From: a virus
Strand: one strand, 5' to 3'
IMG/VR virus record: IMGVR_UViG_3300045988_183178
DNA: 64,000 bases
Shown one piece after another: positions 49,381-59,513 of the stretch (position 1 is its first letter; every line of letters begins with the position of its first letter). A program made the translations under genes and the position numbers. The notes beneath the pieces were generated by a model. That model worked only from the letters and a program-made list of their open reading frames with translations. It was not told where the DNA came from and did not search any database.

Positions 49381-52302
49381 TTAAGATACTGACTTCTTAT
49401 TTTTAGGCTTAGTACTATATGCAGCAGCAATTTTTTTTGTATCAATTTTTGCAAGTGCTGATGAATTCTTCTTAGCTTTGGCAGGAGAAGATGTATGAGA
49501 ATTAGCTCTTACCTTTTTAATCTTAGCATCCTGTTCTCTTAACTTAGCTGCTTCCTTTAATGCCTTGTTTGGATCAATAGGAACATAATTAGTATTAGTT
49601 ACATCAAATACTTCCTTAAGGAATGTGTTATATATTTCTCCATGTTCCTTATCTGAATAACAAACATATTGACCTGTTATAAATAATTCATCCTTTGCTC
49701 TGGTTAAAGAAACAAACAATAATCTTCTCATTTCCTCAATTTCTTTTTCATGATTAACTTTATTACGGATGCTATGCAAATGCTTGCTATCATACTTTGT
49801 AACACTGTTAAATATAACCGGCCATTCAAGTCCTTTTGATGAGTGAGCTGTTGTAAGTACAACACCTTCGTAAGTCTGTTCCATTTTCTTGCAGCAATTA
49901 GTTCCAAATACTTTAAAATCCTGAATATACTCTAACTCAGACTGTAAATCCTCATTTGCATATACCAAATCTAAGAAATATTCATAGATTTCATCTCCTT
50001 CATCTCCCTTAAGTGCGTCAAGCATATTATGGAAAATTTGTCTCTGAGACGGAATCGCTATCATATCCATATTCATAAACTGCTGCTTTAGTTTAGAGAT
50101 TTCATCATTAATATCATTAAATGATAAAAGATTTAATATTTCTCCATTATATTTCGCAGCCAGATAATCTAAATAAAGCTTATCTGCTTCAGGCTGATAA
50201 AATGCATCAGCTAAAGATAATGCAGCTTTAACCTTTCCGTTTTCAGCTAATGGCATTGGATTCATCATAACCCAAGGAATATTTGCTTTTGATAATGCGG
50301 CCCCAATAGAAACAAGTTCAGCCTTTGTATATGTAAGCACTGCAATGTCTTCTGGAATATGTTCGTTTAAATCCAACATCTCTTTAATTGTATCTACAAT
50401 ATACTCAATTTCTTCATCTTTGCTATAAAAGCCCTTTACTGTTACAGGTGCACCATGATCCTTACATGGATTCATAGCTTTAATAAGTCTTTCCTTATTA
50501 AGTGCTTCTATATCAGTTGCAACCTTAAGTATTTCAGGAGTACTTCTTCTATTAACTGATAAATTAATATCTATACCTTTTATGCCTAACTTATCGAAGA
50601 AATGAATCATGTTTTCCGGAGATGTATGTCTGAACCCATAAATACTCTGAGAATCATCACCTACAACCATTAAAGACTCAAAACATTTACAATTACATAG
50701 CTCCTTTATTGTATCCATCTGAATATCATTAGAATCCTGAAACTCATCTACTATAATATGCTTAAAACCTAATCTTTCTAAATAACCCGGATGCGCATTG
50801 ATAATGTTAAACATCATTGGTTCCTGATCAGCAAATGTAATAAGTGAATCTTCAAGTAGCTGTTTCTGGTATTCAGAATATAAATCTATTAACTGTGTAA
50901 CAGCAATACCAGTGCCCATAAATCTTGAATAACCTTTATCTCTTAAAAGTTCTGTAAGCTGATTATTTGCATCTGGAAGTGTAATATCAACATGTTCAGT
51001 TTTAATCAACTCAAAGCATTTTTCAGCACAAGCTAATGCACCTCTTAAGTTCGGTGTATCTGTCATAAAGTTCAAGTAATCGATTCCGTTAATATGATTA
51101 TCAGTTAATAATTGAGTAATAATCTTACGATTTCTTACATCATCAATTACAACAGGAGGATTTGTAAATCCCAATTCCTTATACTCAAATTTAACAATAT
51201 TATAAGCAAAACTATTAAAAGTCATTGCCTGAATATCGTCAGGACTTACAGAAAGTCCATAAGTTAAACACTTACTTGCGATCCTTGTTTTCATTTCTGC
51301 TGCACCTGCGTCTGTAAATGTTATAAATAACATTTCTTCCGGCTTGACACCTTCAACAAACATTTGTGCTCCTCTTTCAGTAACACATTCTGTTTTACCT
51401 GCACCGGCTGTAGCAATTACCCTTGCAATTCCTTTTCTAAAATCAACTATCTGCTGCTGTTCGTCTGATAAAATAATTTTGTCTCTCTTCTTAAGCGTTT
51501 TCTTTTCGAAATGTGCAGGAGTTTTTGTATAATGGCAAAGCATATTATAAGAACATGTTTTACAATCATCTTCTGTACACTGAATATGCCCCTGCTCAGA
51601 TAAATTGATCTGCTTAATATAATCTAATTCTTCTCCACAAAGACTATCTTTACCCCATTCAACTTCTTTTTCAAATGAAACAACATTACCGCCGTAGCCT
51701 GAAAAGAAATCAGCATCAGTCATACTTTTAGAAGTATCTGTGCTTTTTCTTAAGTAATAATAAGATCCTTTAATAATCTTTTTTTCACCTGGTTTAAGTA
51801 ATGATTTTGCATATAAATATAATGCATATATTTCCGGACACTTTAAAACAGATAAATCCTGTTTCTTGCCTGAGACAGTTACCACGGGCTTTGAAGCAAA
51901 AAACTTGATTGCTTCAATTTCATTTTTATTAACAGAAACAGCATCAGGTCTAATATGAATTGCGTAATCCTGACTTACAGGAATATCCTTAGCATCAACT
52001 TCAACTTCAAGTTTTCTTTTTTCGCAAGACGCATATCTTGTAAGAATTTCTGTAAGACGCTTAATTCTTCCTTCATTAGTTTCCGCAGGTAAATTATTCT
52101 CTTCAACACCTTCAGACACTAAATCATGAAATTCATTAATCTGAAACTCACCTTTTAAATAACCCATAATAATCTGCTTAATAATAATAGCATTATCATA
52201 ATTGTCATTTTTCTTTGTAGTAACTTCAATTTCCTTTTTTAAGTTCTTCATAAGACGACAATGATATTTGCCTCTTAACTCTTCTGATTTTAATACTTTC
52301 AT
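49381..52302 (-). CDS. UvrD/PcrA-like SF1 helicase with a 270 aa N-terminal Cys4 (Cas4/RecB-like Fe-S?) nuclease-like domain and a Lys-rich tail
   Basis: Helicase motifs ATAGAGKT, VDEFQDSN, GDDSQSIYGFR, TAHSSKGLEWPV and VSLTRAKDEL. N-terminal cluster CTEDDCKTCSYNMLC. Confidence 0.8.
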   Translation of the reverse strand: MKVLKSEELRGKYHCRLMKNLKKEIEVTTKKNDNYDNAIIIKQIIMGYLKGEFQINEFHDLVSEGVEENNLPAETNEGRIKRLTEILTRYASCEKRKLEVEVDAKDIPVSQDYAIHIRPDAVSVNKNEIEAIKFFASKPVVTVSGKKQDLSVLKCPEIYALYLYAKSLLKPGEKKIIKGSYYYLRKSTDTSKSMTDADFFSGYGGNVVSFEKEVEWGKDSLCGEELDYIKQINLSEQGHIQCTEDDCKTCSYNMLCHYTKTPAHFEKKTLKKRDKIILSDEQQQIVDFRKGIARVIATAGAGKTECVTERGAQMFVEGVKPEEMLFITFTDAGAAEMKTRIASKCLTYGLSVSPDDIQAMTFNSFAYNIVKFEYKELGFTNPPVVIDDVRNRKIITQLLTDNHINGIDYLNFMTDTPNLRGALACAEKCFELIKTEHVDITLPDANNQLTELLRDKGYSRFMGTGIAVTQLIDLYSEYQKQLLEDSLITFADQEPMMFNIINAHPGYLERLGFKHIIVDEFQDSNDIQMDTIKELCNCKCFESLMVVGDDSQSIYGFRHTSPENMIHFFDKLGIKGIDINLSVNRRSTPEILKVATDIEALNKERLIKAMNPCKDHGAPVTVKGFYSKDEEIEYIVDTIKEMLDLNEHIPEDIAVLTYTKAELVSIGAALSKANIPWVMMNPMPLAENGKVKAALSLADAFYQPEADKLYLDYLAAKYNGEILNLLSFNDINDEISKLKQQFMNMDMIAIPSQRQIFHNMLDALKGDEGDEIYEYFLDLVYANEDLQSELEYIQDFKVFGTNCCKKMEQTYEGVVLTTAHSSKGLEWPVIFNSVTKYDSKHLHSIRNKVNHEKEIEEMRRLLFVSLTRAKDELFITGQYVCYSDKEHGEIYNTFLKEVFDVTNTNYVPIDPNKALKEAAKLREQDAKIKKVRANSHTSSPAKAKKNSSALAKIDTKKIAAAYSTKPKNKKSVS

Positions 52303-52527
52303 AAAATATCTCCTTTATTATTTTGATAAAGAAAATATGACAGAAAAAATATTCAAGAGTAACAATAATTCCATCTTGGAATTTAATATCAATATTCACA
52401 GCGCTTCTTATTTAATTAACTTAGCTTTAAATTAGTTTCTTTATGCGATATTGCTTTATTTTCAAGGCCTTTATTATAAAAAGGACAGGCTGATTATACT
52501 TCAACCTGTCCTTAAAATTATATATTT

Positions 52528-54102
52528 TTACTTAGTAGAATTCTTTTCTGACTTAGACACTTTCTCAGGAACATTCTTTACAGTTACCTTAATCTCCGGG
52601 TCAACATCTTCTGGAATGCCTGTAAAGTTCACATTCTTTGTTGTCTTGGCATCATATGTATTAGCCTTCATTACTTCTGTAAGGTCAAAACCAGTTGTTT
52701 CCTTAACAGATTCAATTGTCTTTGCAAGTACTGATGGTACATTACTGCTAAATGAACCTACTCCGGTTTCACCATTACCACTGTCAATAATAGTTACCTT
52801 ATCAATGGCTTCTAATGGCTTTGCAATAGCTCCTGCCATCTCTGGAAGTACTTTGATAATCATTTCAGTCATGGCAGCCTTACCATACTTAGCCATTGCA
52901 TCTGCTTTCTTCTCCATAGCTTCAGCTTCAGCTAATCCTTTTGCCTTAATACTTTCAGCATCAGCAACACCTTTTGCCTTAATACTCTCTGCTTCTGCAA
53001 AGCCCTGTGCCTTTACTGCTTCAGCTTCCTGTTCCTTAGCAAATCTGTCTGCTTCTGCCTGTGATTTCTTAGCTTCAGCCTGCTTCTGAATTTCAAACTG
53101 CTTTGCTTCTGCTTCCTTCTGTCTCTGATAAAGTTCTGCATCTGCCTTTTGCTGTGCTGCATACTTTTCAGCTTCGGCCTGCTTACGGATATCAGCATCA
53201 AGTGTTTTTTCCTTAACAGTGATTTCCTTTTCTCTTAATTCAATTTCCTTTTCCTGCTTTGCAATATTAGCATTGGCAGTAGTGATTTCAATTGTCTTTC
53301 TCTGTTCCTGCTGCTGGATTTCATATGCCGCATCAGCTTCAGCCTTCTTAACATCTGCTGCTCTCTTTAATTCCTGCTTCTTAATCTCAAGTTCATTATT
53401 TCTTTCTGCAATAGCTGTCTCAGCTTCAATTCTTGCATCATTAGCCTGCTTTTCAGCATTAGCCTTTGCAACTGCAATATCTCTTTCTGATTCTGCTCTT
53501 GATATCTGTGCTGACTTACTGATACTTACAACCCTGTCAATACCAAGGTTTTCAATAACATTACCTTCATCTGTAACATTCTGAACATTAAAGCTTACAA
53601 TTTCAAGACCCATTCTTTCCATATCAGGAGCAGCATTCTCCTGTACCTTTTCAGCAAATAACTTTCTGTCCTGTACAATATCCTCAAGCTTCATCTGTCC
53701 TATAATTTCACGGACATTACCTTCAAGTACATCTACAACTGATTCTCTGATATAATCTGAATTTTTATTAAGGAAGTTACTTGCAGCCTTTCCAAGCATT
53801 TCAGGTGATGAACCAATCTTAATCTTTACAGCAGAATCAATATTAACATTAATATACTCATTTGTTGGTACTGATTCCTTTGTCTTTACATCAACAGAAA
53901 TCATCTTTAAATCAAGCTTATCTACTCTCTGTAAAAATGGTATCTTAAGTGATGACCTTCCGATAACATACTTAGGTGTCTTTCTAAGTCCTGATACAAT
54001 AAGTGCCTTGTCTGTCGGAGCCTTAATATAACTTGCAAATAATAATGCAATTAATACTACAACCACCGCTACTACAATTCCAATCGTTACTTCAATTCCC
54101 AT
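52528..54102 (-). CDS. flotillin-like SPFH/band-7 protein (N-terminal TM, SPFH domain, long Ala/Glu-rich coiled coil)
   Basis: The TM (MGIEVTIGIVVAVVVVLIALLF) is followed by the SPFH region. Long EA-rich heptad repeats sit on intragenic tandem DNA repeats (52930-53050). The gene is GC-richer than its neighbours. Confidence 0.75.
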   Translation of the reverse strand: MGIEVTIGIVVAVVVVLIALLFASYIKAPTDKALIVSGLRKTPKYVIGRSSLKIPFLQRVDKLDLKMISVDVKTKESVPTNEYINVNIDSAVKIKIGSSPEMLGKAASNFLNKNSDYIRESVVDVLEGNVREIIGQMKLEDIVQDRKLFAEKVQENAAPDMERMGLEIVSFNVQNVTDEGNVIENLGIDRVVSISKSAQISRAESERDIAVAKANAEKQANDARIEAETAIAERNNELEIKKQELKRAADVKKAEADAAYEIQQQEQRKTIEITTANANIAKQEKEIELREKEITVKEKTLDADIRKQAEAEKYAAQQKADAELYQRQKEAEAKQFEIQKQAEAKKSQAEADRFAKEQEAEAVKAQGFAEAESIKAKGVADAESIKAKGLAEAEAMEKKADAMAKYGKAAMTEMIIKVLPEMAGAIAKPLEAIDKVTIIDSGNGETGVGSFSSNVPSVLAKTIESVKETTGFDLTEVMKANTYDAKTTKNVNFTGIPEDVDPEIKVTVKNVPEKVSKSEKNSTK

Positions 54103-54135
54103 AAATTTTATTCCTTTCTTTTAGTAAAAATAAGC

Positions 54136-54192
54136 ATGAACTACTCACAAACGACATTAGTCGGATGGAGCTTTCTTGCTTGATTGCGATAA
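54136..54192 (+). repeat. 57 bp dispersed repeat, copy 4 (in the 5' leader of the flotillin gene)
   Basis: ATGAACTACTCACAAACGACATTAGTCGGATGGAGCTTTCTTGCTTGATTGCGATAA. Confidence 0.75.
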
Positions 54193-54232
54193 ACATCTTT
54201 TAAATTATTTTGTTTACGCCAGTCATTAGTAA

Positions 54233-54245
54233 TATGACAGATATT
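54233..54245 (-). promoter_or_regulatory. conserved promoter-like motif upstream of the flotillin gene (the 57 bp repeat lies between motif and RBS)
   Basis: TATGACAGATATT plus hairpin 54271-54292. Confidence 0.5.
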
Positions 54246-54319
54246 TAATTTATTTTTTTTACATAAAAAATGGCTATGTTTTCACATAGCCATTCAGGAG
54301 GGAGGTTTAAAATTTATTG

Positions 54320-54745
54320 TCAAGCATACAGTGCAAACGTATGCTTATGAGTCAAACTTTTTGCTGCCGCAATATCTCTTTGAATAAATTCTTTGTTAAT
54401 TCTTTTTTCGTAAGACTTAACAATATTCTGGAAATTATGTAAACAGCTTTCAATTGATGACTGCAATTCTGAATATACGCAGTCATTTTTCATGTCAATA
54501 TTATCAGAATTAATAAAAATACTAACAACATTGCAATCTGGTTCAGGCATTCCGTCATCTGTATAATAGCAATCGCTACCCATAAAAAGCACATATTTAC
54601 CTTCACCAAACACTAATTTTTTATCCATATAAATGTAAGATTCATCTTCATCTATATAGACCTCTGTTTCTCCAATTGATTCATCAAACATATTATTTTC
54701 AAATATATCAATGTCTTCTTCTTTTATATCAAATAAATCTAACAT
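54320..54745 (-). CDS. hypothetical acidic protein (start at MLDLFD)
   Basis: AAAGGAGG then ATG. Confidence 0.65.
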   Translation of the reverse strand: MLDLFDIKEEDIDIFENNMFDESIGETEVYIDEDESYIYMDKKLVFGEGKYVLFMGSDCYYTDDGMPEPDCNVVSIFINSDNIDMKNDCVYSELQSSIESCLHNFQNIVKSYEKRINKEFIQRDIAAAKSLTHKHTFALYA

Positions 54746-54855
54746 ACTGTATGTCCTCCTTTTAAATTGATTTATCTTATATATGACTGAAAAATAAAAT
54801 AAGATAAACAAAAAATGCATTTCTATTTATTAATATAGAAATGCATTTAACACAA

Positions 54856-55794
54856 TTAAATATATTCAATTTTTAATTCTTCAGTTTTGAGCCATGCATT
54901 CATGATTTTGTTATATAATTCTTTAAGTCTCTTTATTTCTTTTTTCGTTAAATGAACAACATTAACTAACATTTTATTTGAAGAACCTGCTAATTTATTC
55001 AAGATAACCTGTTTATCTTTAATTAGATAAACAATTCGTGTACAAGCCAAATTTACTGCACAATCTGGATTTTCCTGAATCAAATCATTGAATGTAAATC
55101 TTGAGTTAATGCCATTTTTTTTAATTAACCAAACGGCTTCAAGAGTTTCATCAAATTTTACATTTAAAGCTTTCTTATCTGTACTATAAACATAATCCTT
55201 TTCTGCAACACAATTATCCGGTATATCAATTATAGACGGTTCATATTGCAAACAATCTATTATAGAACCATTTTTATCAAATATATTTAATGGATAATCC
55301 TGAATTCCTATTAATTTTAAGTCTTCAGATGTAAATATATTTTTGATAGGATTGTCAATGGCTTTAGATTTTTCTTCATTAGAATTATTATTTTTAACAG
55401 ATAACTTTCCTGAAGAATCTATAGAAACAATACCCCAAGATGATTTATTATCTGCTTCTTCTAATGCGTAGTTTGACTTATCTCCAGGACATAACTCAGC
55501 AAGCCAATTTAATGTCTGTCCATAATTTAGCCCTGTTTTTAATTGGACCAGTTTAATTACATTCCAACTTTCTCCACAAGCAAAGCAATGGATTCCCTTA
55601 AAATGCTTTTTTGAATCCACATATATACTTGCTGAACCAAAATGTTTATCATTATGAAACGGACATAAAATTTCTCGTTTATTCCCAGTAACTATATCCG
55701 TTCCTGCAGTAGCATTTGAAATTTTAATATTAAGCTTGTTTATAACATCTAGCATATTAATGCTATCTACAATAGCTTGTCTATCATATCTCAT
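54856..55794 (-). CDS. protein with a DnaG-type CHC2 zinc-finger domain (putative primase component)
   Basis: CPFHNDKHFGSASIY..HCFACGESWNVIKLV matches the primase zinc-binding domain. Confidence 0.65.
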   Translation of the reverse strand: MRYDRQAIVDSINMLDVINKLNIKISNATAGTDIVTGNKREILCPFHNDKHFGSASIYVDSKKHFKGIHCFACGESWNVIKLVQLKTGLNYGQTLNWLAELCPGDKSNYALEEADNKSSWGIVSIDSSGKLSVKNNNSNEEKSKAIDNPIKNIFTSEDLKLIGIQDYPLNIFDKNGSIIDCLQYEPSIIDIPDNCVAEKDYVYSTDKKALNVKFDETLEAVWLIKKNGINSRFTFNDLIQENPDCAVNLACTRIVYLIKDKQVILNKLAGSSNKMLVNVVHLTKKEIKRLKELYNKIMNAWLKTEELKIEYI

Positions 55795-56063
55795 GCAACT
55801 GCCTCCACAACAACTTCATTACCTTCAATATGCGCATTGCTGCAATATCCGCCAATTGCTTTAAGGGATTCGACAACCAGATCCTTTGTAGCATATAAAT
55901 GATCTCCAGGAGCTAAATAAAAAACATTTTCTTCACTGTTTATTAATTCAATGCCTTCTGATGAAGAAACATTTTTGCATACATATGGATAATTATCCTC
56001 CTTATTTTTGTTAACTTCTACTGCTAAAGCCTTTCTCCATGGCGTAAAATCGAATTTATTCAT
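55791..56063 (-). CDS. small hypothetical protein
   Basis: AAAGGAGGAATTTGTT then ATG. Confidence 0.6.
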   Translation of the reverse strand: MNKFDFTPWRKALAVEVNKNKEDNYPYVCKNVSSSEGIELINSEENVFYLAPGDHLYATKDLVVESLKAIGGYCSNAHIEGNEVVVEAVA

Positions 56064-56210
56064 AACAAATTCCTCCTTTAAATTTTTGATATAAAGGATA
56101 TGACAGAAAAAAAATCATTAATGAAAGGAGATTCTAAATTCATGATGATATAACAAAAGCAGGAGATGCTTGCTTATCTCCTGCTAAAATATTAATTTCT
56201 AAATTATTTT

Positions 56211-56267
56211 ATGAACTATTCACAATTGACTATTGTCGAATAGAGTTTTCCTGCTATTCTTCGATAA
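56211..56267 (+). repeat. 57 bp dispersed repeat, copy 5 (most diverged)
   Basis: ATGAACTATTCACAATTGACTATTGTCGAATAGAGTTTTCCTGCTATTCTTCGATAA. Confidence 0.7.
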
Positions 56268-56313
56268 TTGATTTTTCCTTTTTAATTGAATGTTTTATAT
56301 ATGACATAAAATA

Positions 56314-56736
56314 TCATTTAATCAAAATTCTAATCAAATTAGAATCTGCATCTGCTACAAAATTTTCTATTAAAACTATTTTTATAATGTTGCTTTTGTT
56401 ATCCACGAATGTATATGTTAATACTGGATTTTCTAATACTGATTTATCCAGATCATAATATTTAATTAGTAAATTTCTTAACTTATCATAATTCATTATG
56501 AATTTATCTTTGTGATCATTTTGAATAATATGAACCTTCTTATCTTTAGCATTAAATCTTATTCTGTCTTCCGAAATTGTAAATGCAGAAATTCCATTGT
56601 ATATATTAAAATTATAACTAAAAATATATTCGTAATTAATTTCTGAAATGAAATTATTGATTATCTGGTTTAATTCATATCTAATTTTTTGTCTTGACAC
56701 TTGTTTTTGTTTTGTTTTTCTCATAATTTTAAACAT
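56314..56736 (-). CDS. hypothetical protein (start at MFKIM)
   Basis: GGAGGACTTT then ATG. Confidence 0.6.
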   Translation of the reverse strand: MFKIMRKTKQKQVSRQKIRYELNQIINNFISEINYEYIFSYNFNIYNGISAFTISEDRIRFNAKDKKVHIIQNDHKDKFIMNYDKLRNLLIKYYDLDKSVLENPVLTYTFVDNKSNIIKIVLIENFVADADSNLIRILIK

Positions 56737-56796
56737 AAAGTCCTCCATAATTAAAAAATATATTATATTTTTAATATGACAGAGGAAATAAAAAAA

Positions 56797-56818
56797 CTGT
56801 CAGGAATCGTCCTGACAG
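56797..56818 (-). terminator. intrinsic terminator (CTGTCAGGA/TCCTGACAG)
   Basis: Downstream of the 844 aa gene. Confidence 0.65.
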
Positions 56819-56838
56819 TTTAATTATAAAATAATAAA

Positions 56839-59373
56839 CTATAATTCTAATTCGTCATCAAATATTCTATTTTCCTTATGTTCTACTTTAGATAAATTCT
56901 TTAAATCTAATTCATCTGCTGCCTTTACTGTTACTTTTTCTAATTCCTTATTTGCAACAGGATTATCTAATTTTTCAGATTTACCGCAAAATTCATTAGA
57001 AATATAATCAAGGTCATACGATGATACTACCTTTGCATTCTCTTTTAGACCTTCTTTTTGAACATCTAGTGGATATAATGAGAACACTGTATCAGCCTCT
57101 TTTATATCAGTTGTAAGCTCTCCGCAGCCTTCGGCATATAAATCAAATAATTGTTTCATATCTGGAATAGCGTTATTTAATATATATCCTAATTCAACTG
57201 ATGTCTGTTTATTTAAATCATTTGAAACAACATTCTGCCCTAAATTTAAACTGCCTACATGATCAATCCAATATGTCGCATCGTTTTCTACATCATAAAC
57301 ACATGGAGTTGCCATGGTTGATGCTGCATTTATTTTAATTGGATGCTCAATCTGTGATATTTCGAACTGTTTTCCAAGGAAAATAACAGATCGTTCATCT
57401 TTAGTAAAATCAATAACCTCATCATAATCATCATATTCAGCATCATGATCCCTATGACATGCTTTTCTTGTATCCATATACTCACCTAAAGAACCCTCTT
57501 TTTCCATTTCAATAAATTTAAGTCCTTCAGCTTTATTAAATGGCACTGAGAATCCATGAATTTCTACAACAGCATATTTAATACCGGCATCTTTCATAGC
57601 TTTTTTATCTAATAAAACCATTTCAGTAGCACCATTTGGGGCATCTGTGTAATCGCCACTATGTACACCAAATTTTCCGGATTTTAAATTATAATAATAC
57701 AGGGTATCAACTGTTATGTTTTTATCATTATAAAACTTAACACTTAAATCAATGTCCCCTCTTACTTCATGTCCATTATTATCCTTATAATTTTTCCAGT
57801 ATATTCCATAAGCTAATAAGTTTTTATTCTGATCACCTGATAATCTACTATATGGAGGAATAATATTACCTGCAGAACAATCTCTCATATCTCTTAAAGG
57901 AATTTTAATATCTTCTAATTTAGGGTCAATATATACTTTACCCAACTGTTTTGTATCTGAAATGTTATGAACAATAGTCTGTCTAATAATATTTCTTATA
58001 TTATTCATTTGAGCATCTGAAAGATGTAACGGTTTATTGTCTGAAACTAATAATTTTCCATTTTTATTCTTATAAATTCTATTCTCATGTTCTTTATTTC
58101 TTAATTCAAACGAATTATACATAGTAAGCATTGACTGCACAGGAACATTACAATACATAATTTTGTTTGCAATTGAAGTTAAAGCTAAACCATTGCCTTC
58201 TTTTGCTGCTTCATCAACATACTGAATATAATGCTGAACAAAATACCCAGGGAAATTATCCGCAAGCTTATTAAATTTTTGTACATTTTCAAATGATGAA
58301 ACTTTAATAAGATTATCTATCGCTTTTTCAAACTGTCTTGGGACTGGAATAATATCCTTACCATTTTCATCCTTTTTTATTTTATTAGCAAGATTATCAA
58401 ATGCCTTTACTACTCTTTCAGGACCAGTATGTGAATCAATTCTATTCATTAATCTCTTATATAATCCTTCATCCTTCCAGATATCATAGTAAAGATTTGG
58501 ACAGTTATTTAACATATCCTTTATTAACCTTTTGTCTGAATTGGTTAACTTATATTTAACTTTGCCGTTCTTATTTGAAACTGTTTTCTTAGTATTTAAT
58601 GATATATCATTAACTTTGTTTCCAAAATTCTGATTTGAAAGTTCTGCTGCAAATCTTAATACATCTTTAGAATCCTTTATCATATTAACTGCTGAATTTC
58701 TTGCACCCAGTTTATATAATAGACTAGCTGTTTTAACTAAATTTTCTTTACTCTGATAAGGTATCTCGGTTGAAACAATTTGGTCAATTTTAAATGGATA
58801 TTCACGAAAATATGTTTCAACATCTTTCAAGTTTTCTTCATTCATACCTTTTGGCGCATGAATTCTGTTTATCATTAATTCATCTAATTCTTTTATATTT
58901 GTATTATTAATTACCTTTAATTTGTCAGGGAAGTTTTCCAATAATGGGAGCCTGTCAACTTTTTCCTCAGTTACAGAATCTCTTATCATTTGTGCTATCG
59001 TTTTACATCTTTCATCATCTGTCTGGGAAAATGTATAATATAATAACGAATTAATATATAATGCTTCCTCAGATTTATCCATGACTTCTTCCGGGAAATT
59101 AGGATAGAATAACTCAACAGAATTAAATTCATCAATCCCTTTATATTCTTTAATAATATCTGTCAAATCATTATATACCTCACATATTTCCTGTGCAGGC
59201 AATTTAGCTAATGCAGATATAGCATCCGTGCTTAATGTATAACCATAACTTTCCAAATTTCTATTGACTGATAAAGCCATATTAATGTTTTCATATTCAA
59301 TATCAATGGGATTTTGTGGGATTGAAAACTTAGATAGATTGTTAAATAAAATAGAATTAATAGATTTGTTCAT
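56839..59373 (-). CDS. large hypothetical protein (844 aa)
   Basis: Long uninterrupted ORF; no motif recognised. Confidence 0.75.
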   Translation of the reverse strand: MNKSINSILFNNLSKFSIPQNPIDIEYENINMALSVNRNLESYGYTLSTDAISALAKLPAQEICEVYNDLTDIIKEYKGIDEFNSVELFYPNFPEEVMDKSEEALYINSLLYYTFSQTDDERCKTIAQMIRDSVTEEKVDRLPLLENFPDKLKVINNTNIKELDELMINRIHAPKGMNEENLKDVETYFREYPFKIDQIVSTEIPYQSKENLVKTASLLYKLGARNSAVNMIKDSKDVLRFAAELSNQNFGNKVNDISLNTKKTVSNKNGKVKYKLTNSDKRLIKDMLNNCPNLYYDIWKDEGLYKRLMNRIDSHTGPERVVKAFDNLANKIKKDENGKDIIPVPRQFEKAIDNLIKVSSFENVQKFNKLADNFPGYFVQHYIQYVDEAAKEGNGLALTSIANKIMYCNVPVQSMLTMYNSFELRNKEHENRIYKNKNGKLLVSDNKPLHLSDAQMNNIRNIIRQTIVHNISDTKQLGKVYIDPKLEDIKIPLRDMRDCSAGNIIPPYSRLSGDQNKNLLAYGIYWKNYKDNNGHEVRGDIDLSVKFYNDKNITVDTLYYYNLKSGKFGVHSGDYTDAPNGATEMVLLDKKAMKDAGIKYAVVEIHGFSVPFNKAEGLKFIEMEKEGSLGEYMDTRKACHRDHDAEYDDYDEVIDFTKDERSVIFLGKQFEISQIEHPIKINAASTMATPCVYDVENDATYWIDHVGSLNLGQNVVSNDLNKQTSVELGYILNNAIPDMKQLFDLYAEGCGELTTDIKEADTVFSLYPLDVQKEGLKENAKVVSSYDLDYISNEFCGKSEKLDNPVANKELEKVTVKAADELDLKNLSKVEHKENRIFDDELEL

Positions 59374-59513
59374 AATATAACCTCCAAAAAAATAAACACA
59401 ATAGTTCTTACAAAAAAAGTCTTAATATCATAGTTTATTTACTATGACATTAAGACTCAAATAATATAATAATCAGCGTTAAACAAAAAAAATAATTTTT
59501 CATAATTTAGAAT

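Noticed and set aside
485-53089. All plus-strand ORFs in the supplied track (for example 485..709, 1855..2037, 10339..10797, 15280..15654, 41587..42000 and 52451..53089)
   Set aside because: Each lies wholly inside a longer, RBS-preceded minus-strand gene with a recognisable product. They have T-rich or low-complexity translations and no Shine-Dalgarno site. They are treated as antisense shadows; only 28454..28720 in the non-coding island is left open.
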